45,803 nt of DNA from Catajapyx aquilonaris (taxonomy: Eukaryota), in the NCBI GenBank assembly GCA_000934665.2, contig JYFJ02003152.1, forward strand, positions 1 to 45,803, in the 5' to 3' direction. This document shows positions 23,201 to 37,167 of this stretch, one piece after another. Numbering within the stretch: the first letter of the stretch is position 1; every line of letters begins with the position of its first letter. The notes under the pieces are model-generated. The model had not been told where the DNA came from and ran no database searches. It saw only the letters and a program-made list of their open reading frames with translations. The translations under genes were made by a program, and so were the position numbers.

Positions 23201-24699
23201 ACGACATAAACATATAAGACAAACATAACAACATATGGAGCCAGTCGAAGTAGGTGAAGCATATCCATTTACACCATTCCCTGACACTAACACTGACCAT
23301 GGAGGGCCCACTGAGTCACAGGTGTCATCAGGTTACAACACTGCCTTTGCATGTCTGTCTGCACTTATTCAATTTGGCCTAGAGGTATTTTCCATTTTCC
23401 TCACCCACACTGGTAATATTCAGGTCAGTGCTTTCACAACCATGTAAAAATATAGCAGGTATTATAATGATCCAATGAATATCAGTTGGCTACCTCTCAT
23501 AACTATTGTACTGTAATAAAATGCACCACATAGTTCAACCATCCCTGCATTCAACTAATGGACAATATAGTCCCGCGTTCACAAATCAAAAGCAAATGCG
23601 TAGCACAGGTATACCTGGCATGACATGATTCATAATAGGTCTATGTGGTCTCAGTACTAATAACAGTCATTATTCTGAAGGACACTATATTGTCGTTCAA
23701 AGCAAGCACTACCATATAATCTAAACACCATTGTCAAACTGCATCACATTTTTCTATCAAATGTTGAACACACTTGCAGGATTTTTTTCTCTTTGAATAC
23801 ACAAAAATAATTGCTGTTCACTGGCAATTTGGTGTGTATTCCACAATGGTTGAGACAAAATATATTAATAATATATCAGGACACATGAACGAGTTATTTG
23901 TTTAGTTACGGGTGTGATATGAAAAGTCCTGTTATCTATTATTGCTGGTGCATTACACGACATTGAAGCTAACTTCTGCCATACTAGTAAGCCACTGCAT
24001 TGCCAAACCATATCACTCCTCCACTGCAATCCTAACTCGAAGGTATAACCTACTGCTACATGCTTTGGTCTACAGTTGTTAAACCTAAGTACACTCATAT
24101 CAGCGTTTTAAAAAAAAAGTCAATATGGTTGTTAGTCATCAATCTGGTGCCTAATCATCTCCAATGGAAGGCAAACAAAGGGAGCACAATGGGTACAGAA
24201 TGGAAAGGAAAAAAAAAACAGTGAATACACTGGTATACGCTGATATTAAAATTTACCTTCCCCGTTTATTGCACTGTACTAGACAGGTCTAAAAGAATTT
24301 TCGTTTCAATTCAAAATTGCTGCTCTCGTTCAGTTCAGCAAATCTCTTCCCGTCACCGTTAATCCAAACATTTGTTCATATCACAGAACACCCATAGCAA
24401 AATAAATCAGATTCCACATTCGCCCAACCTGCCACATTCATAAAGCCAAAGCACCAAAACAGGCCCCCCCCTACATTCCAGGCTGCTTAAGTGCCTTTAA
24501 CTAGATGCCAATTAAGATCTAATAACCAGAAGCAATGCCCTACAGATTCCTAAACTGACCTGTCCCATCAAAGCATTGCCTCGGTGACTGCTATTCCGAA
24601 CATATCTTCTTATACTGTTCAACTTGCAGCAAAGTTGTGATTCTACAGCAGCTGTAGATGCTACTGTCAAAAAATTTGCTTAAAAATTCAGAACAATCG

Positions 24700-25420
24700 G
24701 TGTTCCACAGCTTAAAAGCTGAAGCAATGGAACACTGCTGTTCTGAATTTTTTTGTCGGATTCGAACAACAACAGTGTCCCCCCCGGTGGCACATGTCCC
24801 GGTGAATATTAATGCTGCGTCCGTGTAACAGACGGAACATTCGATCCGTCCTGTGGTGGGTTTTGCGGCCGGCCGTTTCAAGCCGTGTGGGCGTACGGAG
24901 AGCCAAGAGCCCCACCCAACCGAATCCCGCCCGCAGCACCCCCGATCATCCACAGTCTAATTTACCTGCCTGACCCCCGGTGCAGCGGGTTGGGGTGGGT
25001 CGGCCCCGGGTGCGAGATGCGGCTCTGAAGGAAGGAGGACGGGACAGGGGCCTCCACCGGACACCAATCCTTCCGCCTCGGCAACTGATTCTCGACTGGT
25101 CTCGCCGGGAGAAAAAGTCACTCCCGGGCAGAGACTCAGCACCCACACTAAGGAGGGATCACTACGCAAATGAAAAGTAGTGCAGGGATCAAACCCCTCA
25201 TTGTTCAATTGCAGGTTGGATTGTAATGCATCCAAGTGTGATATGCACCTAGTACGTGCGGTTAGGAAGGTTTTGCGAGGGTATGAATGGGTGGTTGATT
25301 TGGCGGGTGGGCAAGTAGATGCGGGTTGTGTATCAGTCCGCGGCACAGACGCATTCGAATTGGTGAAGGATTGGAGGTGTGTGCAAGGCGCCATGTTTGA
25401 GCCCCACATTTAAAACTAAC
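24700..25420 (-). promoter_or_regulatory. GC/CpG-rich promoter and probable non-coding first exon of PKA-RII
   Basis: Abrupt GC/CpG-rich island at the end of a CpG-poor 9-kb stretch. Minus-strand donor GGCAG|GTAAAT at 24966/24965; candidate acceptor CTTTCATTTCAG near 15887, upstream of the first coding exon. Confidence 0.55.
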
Positions 25421-25534
25421 TTGCGTAATTATAATACTTAAAAATAAATATGATTGCATAAATAAACAGGTGTAACAAGTTGCACTCTTATTTACGCGAG
25501 CGCAACTTTTTTTACGACTAATGCATGTACGAGT

Positions 25535-25602
25535 TGACTCATCACCAACGTGTGCACCCCCAGTGGCATATACGTCCGGGCAGTGTTGCCAAATATTTTG
25601 GC
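25535..25602 (+). repeat. Dispersed repeat copy A (shared with 34818-34976)
   Basis: TGACTCATCACCAACGTG identical (18 nt), followed in both copies by CAGTGGC and GCAGTGTT(G/A)CCAAA..TTTGGC. Confidence 0.5.
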
Positions 25603-26990
25603 TACAGGCGTTCGTTTCTAGTTAAATCATTAAAGAAAAATCAGTTGAGATTTATACGATGGCTAAGTGCTTGCTATTACAGTGTGGATATCCTCTGGTT
25701 CACGCGCAGTCCAATAACAGTGAAGGGGTAATGGCATTAAAGCCGCTTTTTCTTTATTTAGAATGGATCAATGGAACCCTGCTAAGTTAGCACCTCCATA
25801 GGAATGAATCGGAGTAAATCATGGCAAAAAATAGTCTGCCTTTCAATTTCGAATTCGCTGCACATCGGGATTTATCAAGGCTCCAGTGGGAATCGCCACT
25901 GGGGAGATCAATCCATCACGTGTTATCAAGGCTCATTGTTGAAAGTGCTACGGTAGGTAGTGGTCCACCCTGTACATTGCACTATTTTGAGAGGGATGTG
26001 TTCATTATTAGCACTATTGTATATTGCTTTACATAAACTGATAGCCTACCGAATGATATACTTTTTTACATTTTTAATAATAATATTAATTCCTGTTCAC
26101 TATAGAATTTTTCGTGGAGTTTGTAACCCTGCACTATATTGATGTGGTCTTCAGACATATCGTCCCCGATAGTCCCACTATTTTTAGAGTCCTAATTTTA
26201 GTACTGCTTATAAGCTAGGCTCCAGCAGTTGATCACAGATGCATACTAACGCTGATTAACAACAACAGACTTGCAGAAATATGGCAATCACTCGAGTGTA
26301 CACATTTAAGTACAGCCCCCCCCCCCATTAATGAGTACGTACAAACACGGAGAGTTCCAGTGCAGAGAGTACGTCTAATTCCTTGTCCAATTTTAAGCTC
26401 CACGTAATGAAGATATTATGAACAGATTTTCCCTTTGATGATCTTGAATAGCATCTACTCGAATCCTTTGTGAGGAAGAATTCTTGGAATGTCGCTTCAT
26501 TTCCGCATAGCCTTCAATCTTTTTGGTCTGGTTGAAATGAGAACGGATTACTTGACGTAAAGCGAACCTGAGAAGGAAATGGAAAATCTGTGATGTGACA
26601 TTTTCTGAAAGCTCCTTTCCCACGTTCTTGTTTTATTGTTGCATTATAAACACTCCATATCTGCATTAGGCGATGAAATAAGAATATATAGTATTTGCCC
26701 AGCAGGATGGACTCCTCTGGGAATCAAATAAGGAGGTCGTATCGGAAAATCCGGGTATTGCTCATATATTCCGGGCATTGTGAATTCAGTGCAGAGAAGC
26801 TGCAGTTTGAGGCTCTGCTTGCCTCATGAAATATTAAGTGAGACGCAATAGGTTCAGGTAAAACGGAAGCAAGAGCTTGCTGATGGTGCAGATACAGGTG
26901 CTTGATATAAGTGCTATACACGAACAAGGGGAACCCTTCACGTGGTGATAAGTAATTGCTCTGTTATTCGGCTGTAAGTGACGTTCAAAA

Positions 26991-28726
26991 TGACGTCACA
27001 CAGTGCCTATATACATGCAGCATAATAGAGCGAAGTGCAGCACTAACATCCCAAGAGGTAGAACTGTTTACTTTAGGAACCAGGTTAAAGAGAAGTAGCT
27101 TTCACAAAAAAAAAAATTCAACGCGGTCTGATTATGCAAATAAAGGAAATTACAGTGTATGACGCAGTTGCTGGAGTAAACAACACCTCTTCATTCGCAT
27201 GTGGTTTCGTCCAAACAGCAGCTTTCGCACAGTACTTTTAATAAATAATTAATAACATAAATAATCTAAATGGAAACACCCTTGTAGGTGTTATCCTAAT
27301 GTTTTCTAACAACTCCAAAACTCCTGATGACAAGCTGTAATGATCTACAGTTCCTAATGCTAGATAAACATCAACCAAACTTCCCTGAAGTTTGTAACTG
27401 ATTGGTCAATTACATGAGCTAATATGTCCAAATTCTTCCTATTTATAGCGTGGGTATAGGTCGACTCGGCATGTAGGCTTTTATTACGTCAGCACAGGTG
27501 CATATAAATATACCTTACACTGGACTCTAAAGATTCTTCGACGCAATAGTTCGAGAGAGAGAGAAAAAAAAAGTCACATGGGACCTGCTGCACTTTCCAC
27601 AGTCAATGCCAAAATAATTGATAAGTTTTGTCTGGGATCTCAATGTGGGAGGTTGCCTTTTCAGAATAGATATTTTAAAGACATGTCTCGATCTAGTTAT
27701 TGGTACTTGATATTATTTCGATTCACCGATCCGAGTATCTGACAACAATGGCTCTAACCAATTAAGGGAACTGCTGGATTAAGTTCGCCCTAACAAGTTT
27801 CATCCTTATCGTAGATAGCTGAAAAAGGATAAAGGCAAGTTTGAACGCCAGCCACGCATTACCTAGAGTTAATGAGATCACCAATCTTGCGGCTTGGTTA
27901 TCGATTTCGCCAAAAGTTAGTGCCAGAAGGAGTTTACAATATACCCGAGTTGGTTTTACCTCCACGATCAGAAAAGTTTATAGGAAGCCAAAAAGTTGTA
28001 CAGTGCACCCACATGAATGGACCAGGTTATCATCAGAACTTGGGACTCAAAGTAAAGGAAAATTGAATAAAGGTACCATCGTGAATTGAAACGGGGAGGG
28101 TTTGTAGGGCATTAAATTCAACAGGTGGTGAAGTTGATGCTGATGAATGGGAGAACTAGAGAGAGAGAAAGGACGAAGCCGCACGTGGTTATGCGCAGAC
28201 AGTACTTTGCGGTTATCTGTGATTTAAAAAACGGTGTCGTGGCTTGCCCAACTTGCTAATTATGCAGGAGACCAAGTACAGTCCATAAAGTACGTCACAC
28301 TGATAAGGAGAAATAGTAAATAATGACGGATGACGTCAGTAAAATAGTAACAAAATTAATTAGAAAAATTAATATTCCAGTCCCTCATATAGCTTCATGC
28401 AGCAAAAAGCTGTCCAATCAACCAGTGTAAACTTCCTTTCGGAAATTTTGCACTAAAAAGGCGACTATAAAATTAGCACGTATGGCCACTATTTTTAACT
28501 AGCCTGTAACAATGATTTTTCGAGGGTTGCCTGCCTGTTATATATTGAGAGCAGCTTCCATTGTAACCAACCTCGGGTCCATCAATTTGAAAGGGAGTCC
28601 CAAAAGCAAATATTATCGAACGTCAGTCACACTGTGACACATCCGATTTCGGACAAGAGGACATACACCACACCCTGCGATGTCATCTGAAACAACCTGG
28701 AGACTGACCCCTCCCATTTGACGTCA
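26991..28726. promoter_or_regulatory. Three perfect CRE palindromes upstream of the PKA-RII promoter
   Basis: TGACGTCA at 26991-26998, 28331-28338 and 28719-28726. Confidence 0.45.
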
Positions 28727-31700
28727 CCCAAACTTCTTGTACGATATTACTGCTAGGGGGTTTACGATGCACAGTTCTTGAGGATGTAGGTGATGAGCAT
28801 GTTCAAGGCCATGAATCGTACTAGTTCAGCTGCTGCCATTACAGATCAGTCAGGCGACCTTCATGCCTTTACTAGGTCACTGAGACCAAAAATGATTGGG
28901 ATGCATAGCCCATAAGGGGTGTATTGCGTAATTTTTTTCTTTCTTTTTTGGATGAGTACTATTTGCCTTTTATGAATGGTCAGCCTCGTGTCAGTCCCAG
29001 GAAGGCGAATCTGACACTTGATTGCGCAACGGTTGATTTCAAATGCGCAACCGCGCTTTGCATAAATTATTATCGGCCCACAATCAAACCCTGCGTGTGT
29101 TGCAGAGTAGACGAAGTAACGTGATTGGGAGCAGGTCTTTTGACGTAATCGGCACCATGCACTATATTATTTTTTAAAAAATATGGCATGTTTTATTATC
29201 TGTCCCAATGCATAATACCGGCGATAAAGAGGCAGAGTTGTCATATGTGTCGTATATAACGGTAACTCGGTAATAATAATTACATGCAAGAATGACAATG
29301 CGTCTTGCAATTGTTCTTATCTCACTTACAGGTCTGTTATCAGGTGATCCGGAGTGGGTCGCAATCTTATGAAGCGATGGACCTTGTGCCTCGAGATAGA
29401 GAATACTGTATTGGACCCCCTTTTGTTGATACGGCCCTATAGAGGTAGCTGATGCATGTGATTCTACAGTTATGGTAAAGTGAAACTGCGCTCGAGGGAA
29501 GATTGTAATTAAAAACAAACAAGCCATTACATTTCCCTAGATGCAAGGAGGCAGTTAGAGGTGAAGCAAATGACGCAAGTTACCTTGTTAATAATGAAAA
29601 TTTATGGATAACTTTGAAATACCAGTGTAAAAATTGTTTCATAAAAGCCACAAACTGAATGTTAAACTAGCATATCTCGACATATGTACTGCATATGTAC
29701 ATTTAGCGTTCATGTTCCCATGATTAGAATGCAATATAAATACCTATTTAAATTTTACAAACTTTCATGCAATTTTGTGTATGTCCCAGTAAGACCCCTC
29801 AGGTGCGGTGCTTATTTGATAACTATGAAACTGCGAAATAAGTAACTCGTCCTGTGCAAATATTTCCCTTACGCAGCACAAGCAGCCTACAGTATCAGGG
29901 ACAACCACATACTGTACGAGGTAATGAGAGTCTGAAACAGCTGCTGCAACCAGCCCAGTACCAAGCGTCATCTTCCTACAGTAATAATCGTTAATATCAT
30001 AAATAACAACAAGCAAACAAGTGCACTGTACGTATAAAATACTGTAGGCCCGTGGTGTTTTGACCTTTCCACTTTCATTATTGTGCTGTTTCGGAGTACC
30101 CTCAATAATGTGATTATGTCTGGAGTTAATTTCAGTTTAAAAATTATTTCGCCAACAAATCAGGTTGCTGGCTTCAAGTGTTGGCACAGTAGACGAAAAA
30201 GTAAGCCCGTATTCAACTTGTTTATGTCCAGATGATTGCTGGGGGTGATTGCCAATAATTTTATCCGGTCCTTTGAAACATGTTGCAGTGGCTCCGAGTC
30301 AAGATGGCTTCCGAAGGGGGCTCTTCCTCCTCTAAAAGTTGGGCAATCAGAAGCAGACACCGTGGACCATTTATTTCCCCTTGGCCCCATACCAAACCGT
30401 TTTATTACCGGCTAAAGAGGCGTCTGGGGGGCAAAAAAGCGGTCTTCAACCCCCATTGATCGAAACTCTTTTCTCCTGCTCTCCTTTGCGAAACGGTCAA
30501 TGAAGGCTGGTGGTCAGGTTACTTCTATGGATGTTGGGAGGGGAAAAACAAAAGGAAAGAGGAGTGGTACCAGGACAAACCTCTCTCGGCAAGCTTCTGT
30601 GTTACTTCAAAATGTCAGATGCCACCCAGAGGTCGGAGCGTGCTGTGGCTTTTCTTACCGATACCATAGAAACGTATATAGGAGCGCAGTATTGGAGCCA
30701 ATCTGTGGGGAAAAATATAGGATTTTGATTGTGGTGTGCAGTTATATGTTGGTCTGGTTTTATTTGGTCTGCAGTATACTGTAGTGTTTTCTTCTAATCC
30801 AACCTTACTCAGGCAGGGGCCAATATTGTCGTATCGCAATTAATTTTTACATAGACATAATTTGTTATTATTTCATTCTCATTTGTATTGTACAGTATTT
30901 ATTTTTTCCAAGTAGCATTGCACGACAGTTTCTGAATATTTAAATAATACCTTGCATCATTAGGTCTTGAAAGGCCATACAGTATTATCTATTATGATTA
31001 CTCTGGTGCCTGAACAAAAGTACTGGAAAAATGTGTATGGATGAGTGTCCCAGTGCAATTTACTAACTGGATACTAACGATGTTGAAGTCATGTGTACGT
31101 GACCGTGATAGAGATTTTTAAAAATGGTACAGAATCATTAGTAAACACGCCTAATGTTGTTTCAGAGTAATAATGTGCACCGGAGTGCAGTGGCATGCAG
31201 CCTCATAACAGAATAATAATAACGCTCCTCGCTCAATCGAATATCACAGCTCTTTCCACGAGACTGTGAAATGAATTTCGTTCTACCCGGCACATAATTA
31301 TGTATAATGAGGAAAATCTTTTTAAAATTTCCACTCTCTCAAGTGGAACTTGTAAATGCCAAAATTTGAATTAATGGCCCCCTACTTCCTTCAATTTTTA
31401 ACTAACCATTATTTGAGTAAATGGTTTATTTCATTGCCTGACATTTTTACCTTATGAAACCTCCAGCCCAATGCTATTAAGCACTTCATATCATGGCCCT
31501 CTCCTGTATTTGTCAAGAGTAAAATCGACAAAAAAATCATGGCACCGAATCCTGAACGGATCGAGCTCAATATTCAAATGATATGAAAATCTAGATTCAC
31601 ACCAATTTTTTTTTCCTCCCCACAGCCAATAACCAATTTTCCTTCATATACAGTTGGCCCTGCTCAAGGCTCACATTTTGCGGCTTATCTCCCATGAAAA

Positions 31701-34015
31701 TCAAGACGCTATAAAACATCGATTTGGCCCAATAAAAATAATAGGCCATATAATCTGAGCGGTTTATAGCCTGGAAAATCGTCCATAAAATAGCCATTTA
31801 TTAAAATGTACCCCCCCCCCCGAAAAATAGATCGAACTTTTATAAGGATGTCCCGCGCAAATTGTTCTCAGCAGTCCGGGTCACCTTTATAATACATGCT
31901 GGCAAAATGATTAACGAGAAACAGAGAGGATCACATAACCGGCCAAAGAATTAATGGTCCGGGAAGTTTGAAAGCCCTTGCCCGGTTTCCCCCAGCAGTA
32001 ACCCAATTGGATTTCACTGCAAGTTGGGCCTCGATTGAGCGAGCAGCCCACGTCATTGCATAACCTTGCTCTCCTTTTCCTTCATGTCAAAAGAAACAAA
32101 CATGAAGTTGAACGCACTTGTTGGGCGTATGTCTCACATGTAACCTACTGTTTATACAACCTGTTGTATACATATGGTAATTTCAAAGCCTCAGGTGTAG
32201 GTACTACGTGTGAGCATGCGTTACATGCGTAATGTCATGTGAGACGTTTGGTCCATGAACTCTATTAAAACGTGTAGGCGTGACATCACCGTTTCATTAA
32301 GCCACAGGGAGAGGGGTTGGAATGCTCAAAGGACTATTGATCTAGCCTAGTAGGGACGATGCAACAAGTGCTATATATCAGAGCTGTTCTCTTACTGGGC
32401 TGGGCCTGCACTGAATTCGAATATCCTCCGCCCTTTTTGGGTGTTTTTCAAACATACAAGTGTGTACAGTACGTTCCGCAATATTGTTGCAGCTGGAGTC
32501 TTCCAGACTTGAAAAAATAATTGCTGTTGGGAGTTGTGATGATCTGCAATTAGGAAGCGTGAGGTGTGATTATTGTAGACTCGATGATAGTATTTTACTG
32601 ATAACTGGTCAGCAGATTAAGGTAAATTATACTATTAAGAAGATTATACATGCCCTTCATCTGCAATAGTTTCTATAGCGGCGTATAAAGCCACAATAGT
32701 CAGCTTCATATTAATTGCTATGAACAAGCTATGAATAACTATAATTTCCTCATGAATGTGGGCTAAGTTGGGCGTGTCTAGCTTCTGCAAAAAAAAAGTA
32801 TGCGAGACGAGTTGTGCGTTTGAATAAAAAGATGTAAGGATGGGCGTATATCAAGCGCACGTAACACTGCCCGCTGGAGTGCGAAAAGCTATTACGCAGT
32901 GTCCTCTGACTCTATTAGGCATTGCCATTTGTGGCCGTCAATGACAACCCCTAATATGCTGCAATGACGCTGATAGCACGAGATCTCTCTTGAAGAAGGT
33001 GGTCTATATTAATATTAGGGGGAAAATATAGTAAAGCAGTATGCTATCAACAGGTTAAAAATTTAAAAGTAATTTGATACTGTATCAGAAAGTACACGTC
33101 AAGGACACACAATATCTGACTCAAGAGGACGTCAAATTAATAATGAATAAAGCCCAGAGCCCCAGACACATTTACTCTGACTGAATGGATATGATATTTT
33201 GATGTAGCGTACAAAACGATCCTTTTTGTCAATCAAAACTCACTACTGGTTTTTGCAAATAGGCATATCAATCAGTGGCACTGCATCGCATAAACTTCTG
33301 AAGTCTCTCTTTCTGTCACACAGGCCCTTAGACCGCTCTCAAAAGTCTGAAGACGTCACAAAAACCGTACATGGCTGCAGATGAAAAGGATGTCTCCCAA
33401 GGTTGACAATAACGCCAGGGAAACTCAAGTCATGCACGTAAATCTATAACGCAGGTTGGTTCATAAAGGAGACGTGATTTATTCGCTGTAGAAATAGCGT
33501 CTCTTACATAAACGATCTATTCAATAGCATCGCTCACATTATGAAAACGTATGTCAAGCATAAAGTGACTGCACGTCCCAATGTATCTATTGTTTTTTTA
33601 TGACAGTTACTTTTACAAGGGGTTATAGACCCGCAGCATATCCGCTAGTGTCTGTTAATCAGCAAAATTATAGTATCTCCTGTCGTGAATAACACGATGC
33701 CTCCTCGTGACTCTAATGAAGAACAAAATTATAATCACAGGTTGTGGTTTTCGAAATGTACGTGCTCAGCTGGACCACAGAGCAAGAGCGGGAGGACAGG
33801 GCCGGATGTTGCGAATATAAATGCCCGGGACAGGAGCCACTAAAATGTAATCCGACAAAACCTACGCTCCAAGAACGGTGGATCAGAAATATTATTACCG
33901 TAAGTAATATCATTAGACTCCGCGAACTCTGCTCACAAGAGGAAGAAGGAAAGCGTGGGAACAGCCAAGCGCGCGCTCCGAAAAACAAATTTTACGAACC
34001 CAATGGGTGGACTGC

Positions 34016-34099
<84 letters not shown>
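34016..34099 (+). repeat. (AAT)28 microsatellite
   Basis: Perfect trinucleotide run. Confidence 0.98.
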
Positions 34100-34100
<1 letters not shown>

Positions 34101-34817
34101 GCACATTTCTGTGGATGTGAGATTTACCACCTGTTCATCAACTCAATTGCATTTCACCACCTGATGTGAATGGAAGACACATTGTCAGATGGCCGAATCA
34201 GAGTCCAAAATGTAATCGCATGTCGGGCATAATTTAATGCCGGTTTTGATTAGGTTAAAACCTGGAAACAGTGAGCTGCTTTGCTGCTTTGCTGCCTCGT
34301 CTCCTTCCAGCTTCCAACAACGACCATTGATATTGATGGTGGGGCAGTGTTGGTATCGAGTGGCGTCCAAGTGTATATATTGACGTAATTCGTGATGGTT
34401 TGTACCCTGCGGGGCTTTATAGAGAGAGGGGGGGGGGGAATTGGGAGGGGTAAGGGGGGGATAGGGGGGATGGAGCAGTGATAGCTGCAGGCATCTCATC
34501 ATCAAACTGACGCTCAATAATCCCCCAAGAGAAGAGAGTCAGCAGGCCATACCGGACGACTTCAGCCTCAGCATAATGCTGGCGATGCTCGGTTGTTCAA
34601 GGGTCCGCACAGAAATGACCTCAGACATTTTGCAAAAATTATTATCATCATATACAGAAATGTATGACCACACTCTAATGACTCTATAAACAAGTAGTAG
34701 TTACCATAGTTTTCAATTTCCCAGTTCAACAAGGAGAGGACATGTATAGCGGTCAGATAGGGTGGGATCCACTTCAAAGGAGGCCAGACACCCTGCTGGT
34801 GGGCTTTGTCCGCGCGG

Positions 34818-34976
34818 TGACTCATCACCAACGTGCATGCACTACTGACTACTCCTTTCCCCTTGAGAGCAGCAGTAGTGTGCAGAGGGACAGCGTATGC
34901 GCCAACTGGCAGTGGCCTATCGTACTACGTCTAAGTTGGGGGTGGGCGTACCGTAGCAGTGTTACCAAAATTTGGC
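34818..34976 (+). repeat. Dispersed repeat copy B (shared with 25535-25602)
   Basis: Same ordered motifs as copy A, with a longer spacer. Confidence 0.5.
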
Positions 34977-37167
34977 AAAGGGTTCACTAGTAGTATGGAG
35001 ATAAACGATTAGGAGATTTTATTTAAATGCGTTACACAGTAACACAGTGCCCAAGCTGTCTTGCCTGGAAGTATACACTATAGTGCAAGTACCTCGTACC
35101 TATCGTTGAGGATATTGAATGTGCAGAGAGGGGAAAACACGAAGTTGCATAGTTTATAATTAATTCGTATGCAGTCAGGCGTTGCGGTTGTCCACATTTC
35201 AGATCCACTCAATTCAATTTTCGCACGTGTCAAAACAAGCGAGCAAATAGTCGCGTCATTCTTTATGCAGGAGGCCTAGGACAGCGACTTCAGTCCTTGC
35301 CTTTATTTTGATTGCAGGGCTTTTGTTACCGCAATGTACGAAAATAGTCAAAGTGCAATGAGAAATGTTGTTATGCACCGTGTTCTCATTTTGGCCATAA
35401 AATTATTATCAGATAGTATATCATCTGTATAGGTAATTGCTCAACTAAAATCACGCTGAATATTAGCTGGTCTTTCTTAGCATTCTATAGTTAGTTGCTT
35501 TTAACATGCTGAACTTACAAGTTAGTTTACAAGAAAACATGGCTGGTACCTGTAAATACGCAGCGTGATTATAGCAGCAGTATATTATTGTAAGTCTTCA
35601 TTGCCTTAGTAATTATTAGTGTACATGCCTAATTATTTGCACTCCAGCATTGGGAATTTTTGAGATACTTTGACTTTAAATTGCCGTTTCATTGCGCCGT
35701 CCTGTTGTACAGTTTTTGGCAACAAAAAAAACGTGTATAGTTCTAAATATTGCCGAACCGACACTGTGATTTCTATTCTGGGCCGGAAAATATGAAGAGT
35801 TCATTAGCGAGCTTTTTAAAATGGTTATCGATTGGAAGCCCAACTGTACAGTGTTCCCACATTGAAAAAGAAATTGGCCTATCATTATTCATTGCTATCG
35901 GGGAAGTAACTCATGGTTAAAACTAACACGGAGTTTCACCCAATGATACCTATTGAATTATAAGGTCTTCTATATAGGTTCTAGGTGTATTACACGTTGT
36001 GTAAAATGAGAAGAAAAATGCTAATTTAACCCTTAGAGAACAATCGAGTCTGCTGAATAATAATCTGAATGCGTATGGTAATGCTGCTGTAATCCTGTTG
36101 GAGTCATGCCACTTCACCTTGTTTATCCTAGCAACTCAGCATTTGTTATCTTTCAGTTCATGCTCTCAGGAAGGTTTCTCCTTTCAGGATGTAACAGTAT
36201 CCTCTAGCTAGCTTCCAAAGGAAAACCTCAACATGAAAGAAGAGCCACCTCTTGTCAAATATCGATCTTATGAGCAACAGGCACGTGCCCAAATTAGAGG
36301 AAGTTAAAATATTGACCAACCGGACCTGCACTACTATTTCATCATACAAAATTTGCAGTAACCAACTGCGACCACTCTATGGTTGCTTGGGGTAAAAACC
36401 TTTTCATAGATTGAACTTGTACCATGTGTAATTCTAATAGAAAATGATTGATGTCTGGCTATTCCGAATAAAAGTGCTTTTTATTCAGCCAGCCAAATGC
36501 TTCAGATAAATGCAGAAAGTAATGCGATTTTTTAATACCCCGTTAAACGAGAAAAAGGTCACTTGCCGCTCATTGTCTAGGGGAGAAAAGTATAAAGCCT
36601 GAAATCCAGCGGAACAATCTTTAAGTGCTCGTACAGTCTGTCGGGCTTCAGATTCCGCGCATGGTTTTATTACTCTTTGTGGGACCGATGGATATTATAC
36701 AGTGGCCAAAGTTTTGAAATAATCTGCATCTGTGTTCGGATAACCGGCGAAAATATTCAAGCACACATCTTGCGCACTAATTTACCCGTGGCAAGACCAG
36801 TGTAATGGTGCATAATTTCGCTTGTAATTAGGCGGGTACTAGCAGCCCCGGGACTGCAAATGCCAGAATGTATTGACTGCATATGCCTGCTGGGATGTCG
36901 AATTGACGTTTCTACCCCTCCGATATTTCGACATTTTCAAACAAACCCACACCAGCATGCTGTCAGTTTCAATGGACGCGTACCTGAAAAATAATATGTC
37001 AAAAAAAAAGGTCATGGTCCCGACTCTATAGTATATAAGTGAAGGTCCCCGATCTACACTGAACATCGATCTTTGTACATTCTCGCAACACCTTCTTGAC
37101 GTCATCGAAGACGTCGGTGACGTAAGCAGACGCCGCTGAGTCTACCACCCATTGACGTAGCTCCGTC

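Noticed and set aside
26393..28089. Short ORFs of 60-80 aa in the intergenic region
   Set aside because: No recognisable homology and I could not link them into a frame-consistent exon chain.
33347..33380. CTGAAGA hammerhead-ribozyme-like core, and CTGATGA at several other sites
   Set aside because: No matching GAAA and no stem II/III pairing.
33713..34169. ORFs with poly-Ile/Leu/Tyr, and a possible LINE 3' end before the AAT run
   Set aside because: The homopolymers are microsatellite translations, and no reverse-transcriptase or endonuclease motifs are visible upstream.
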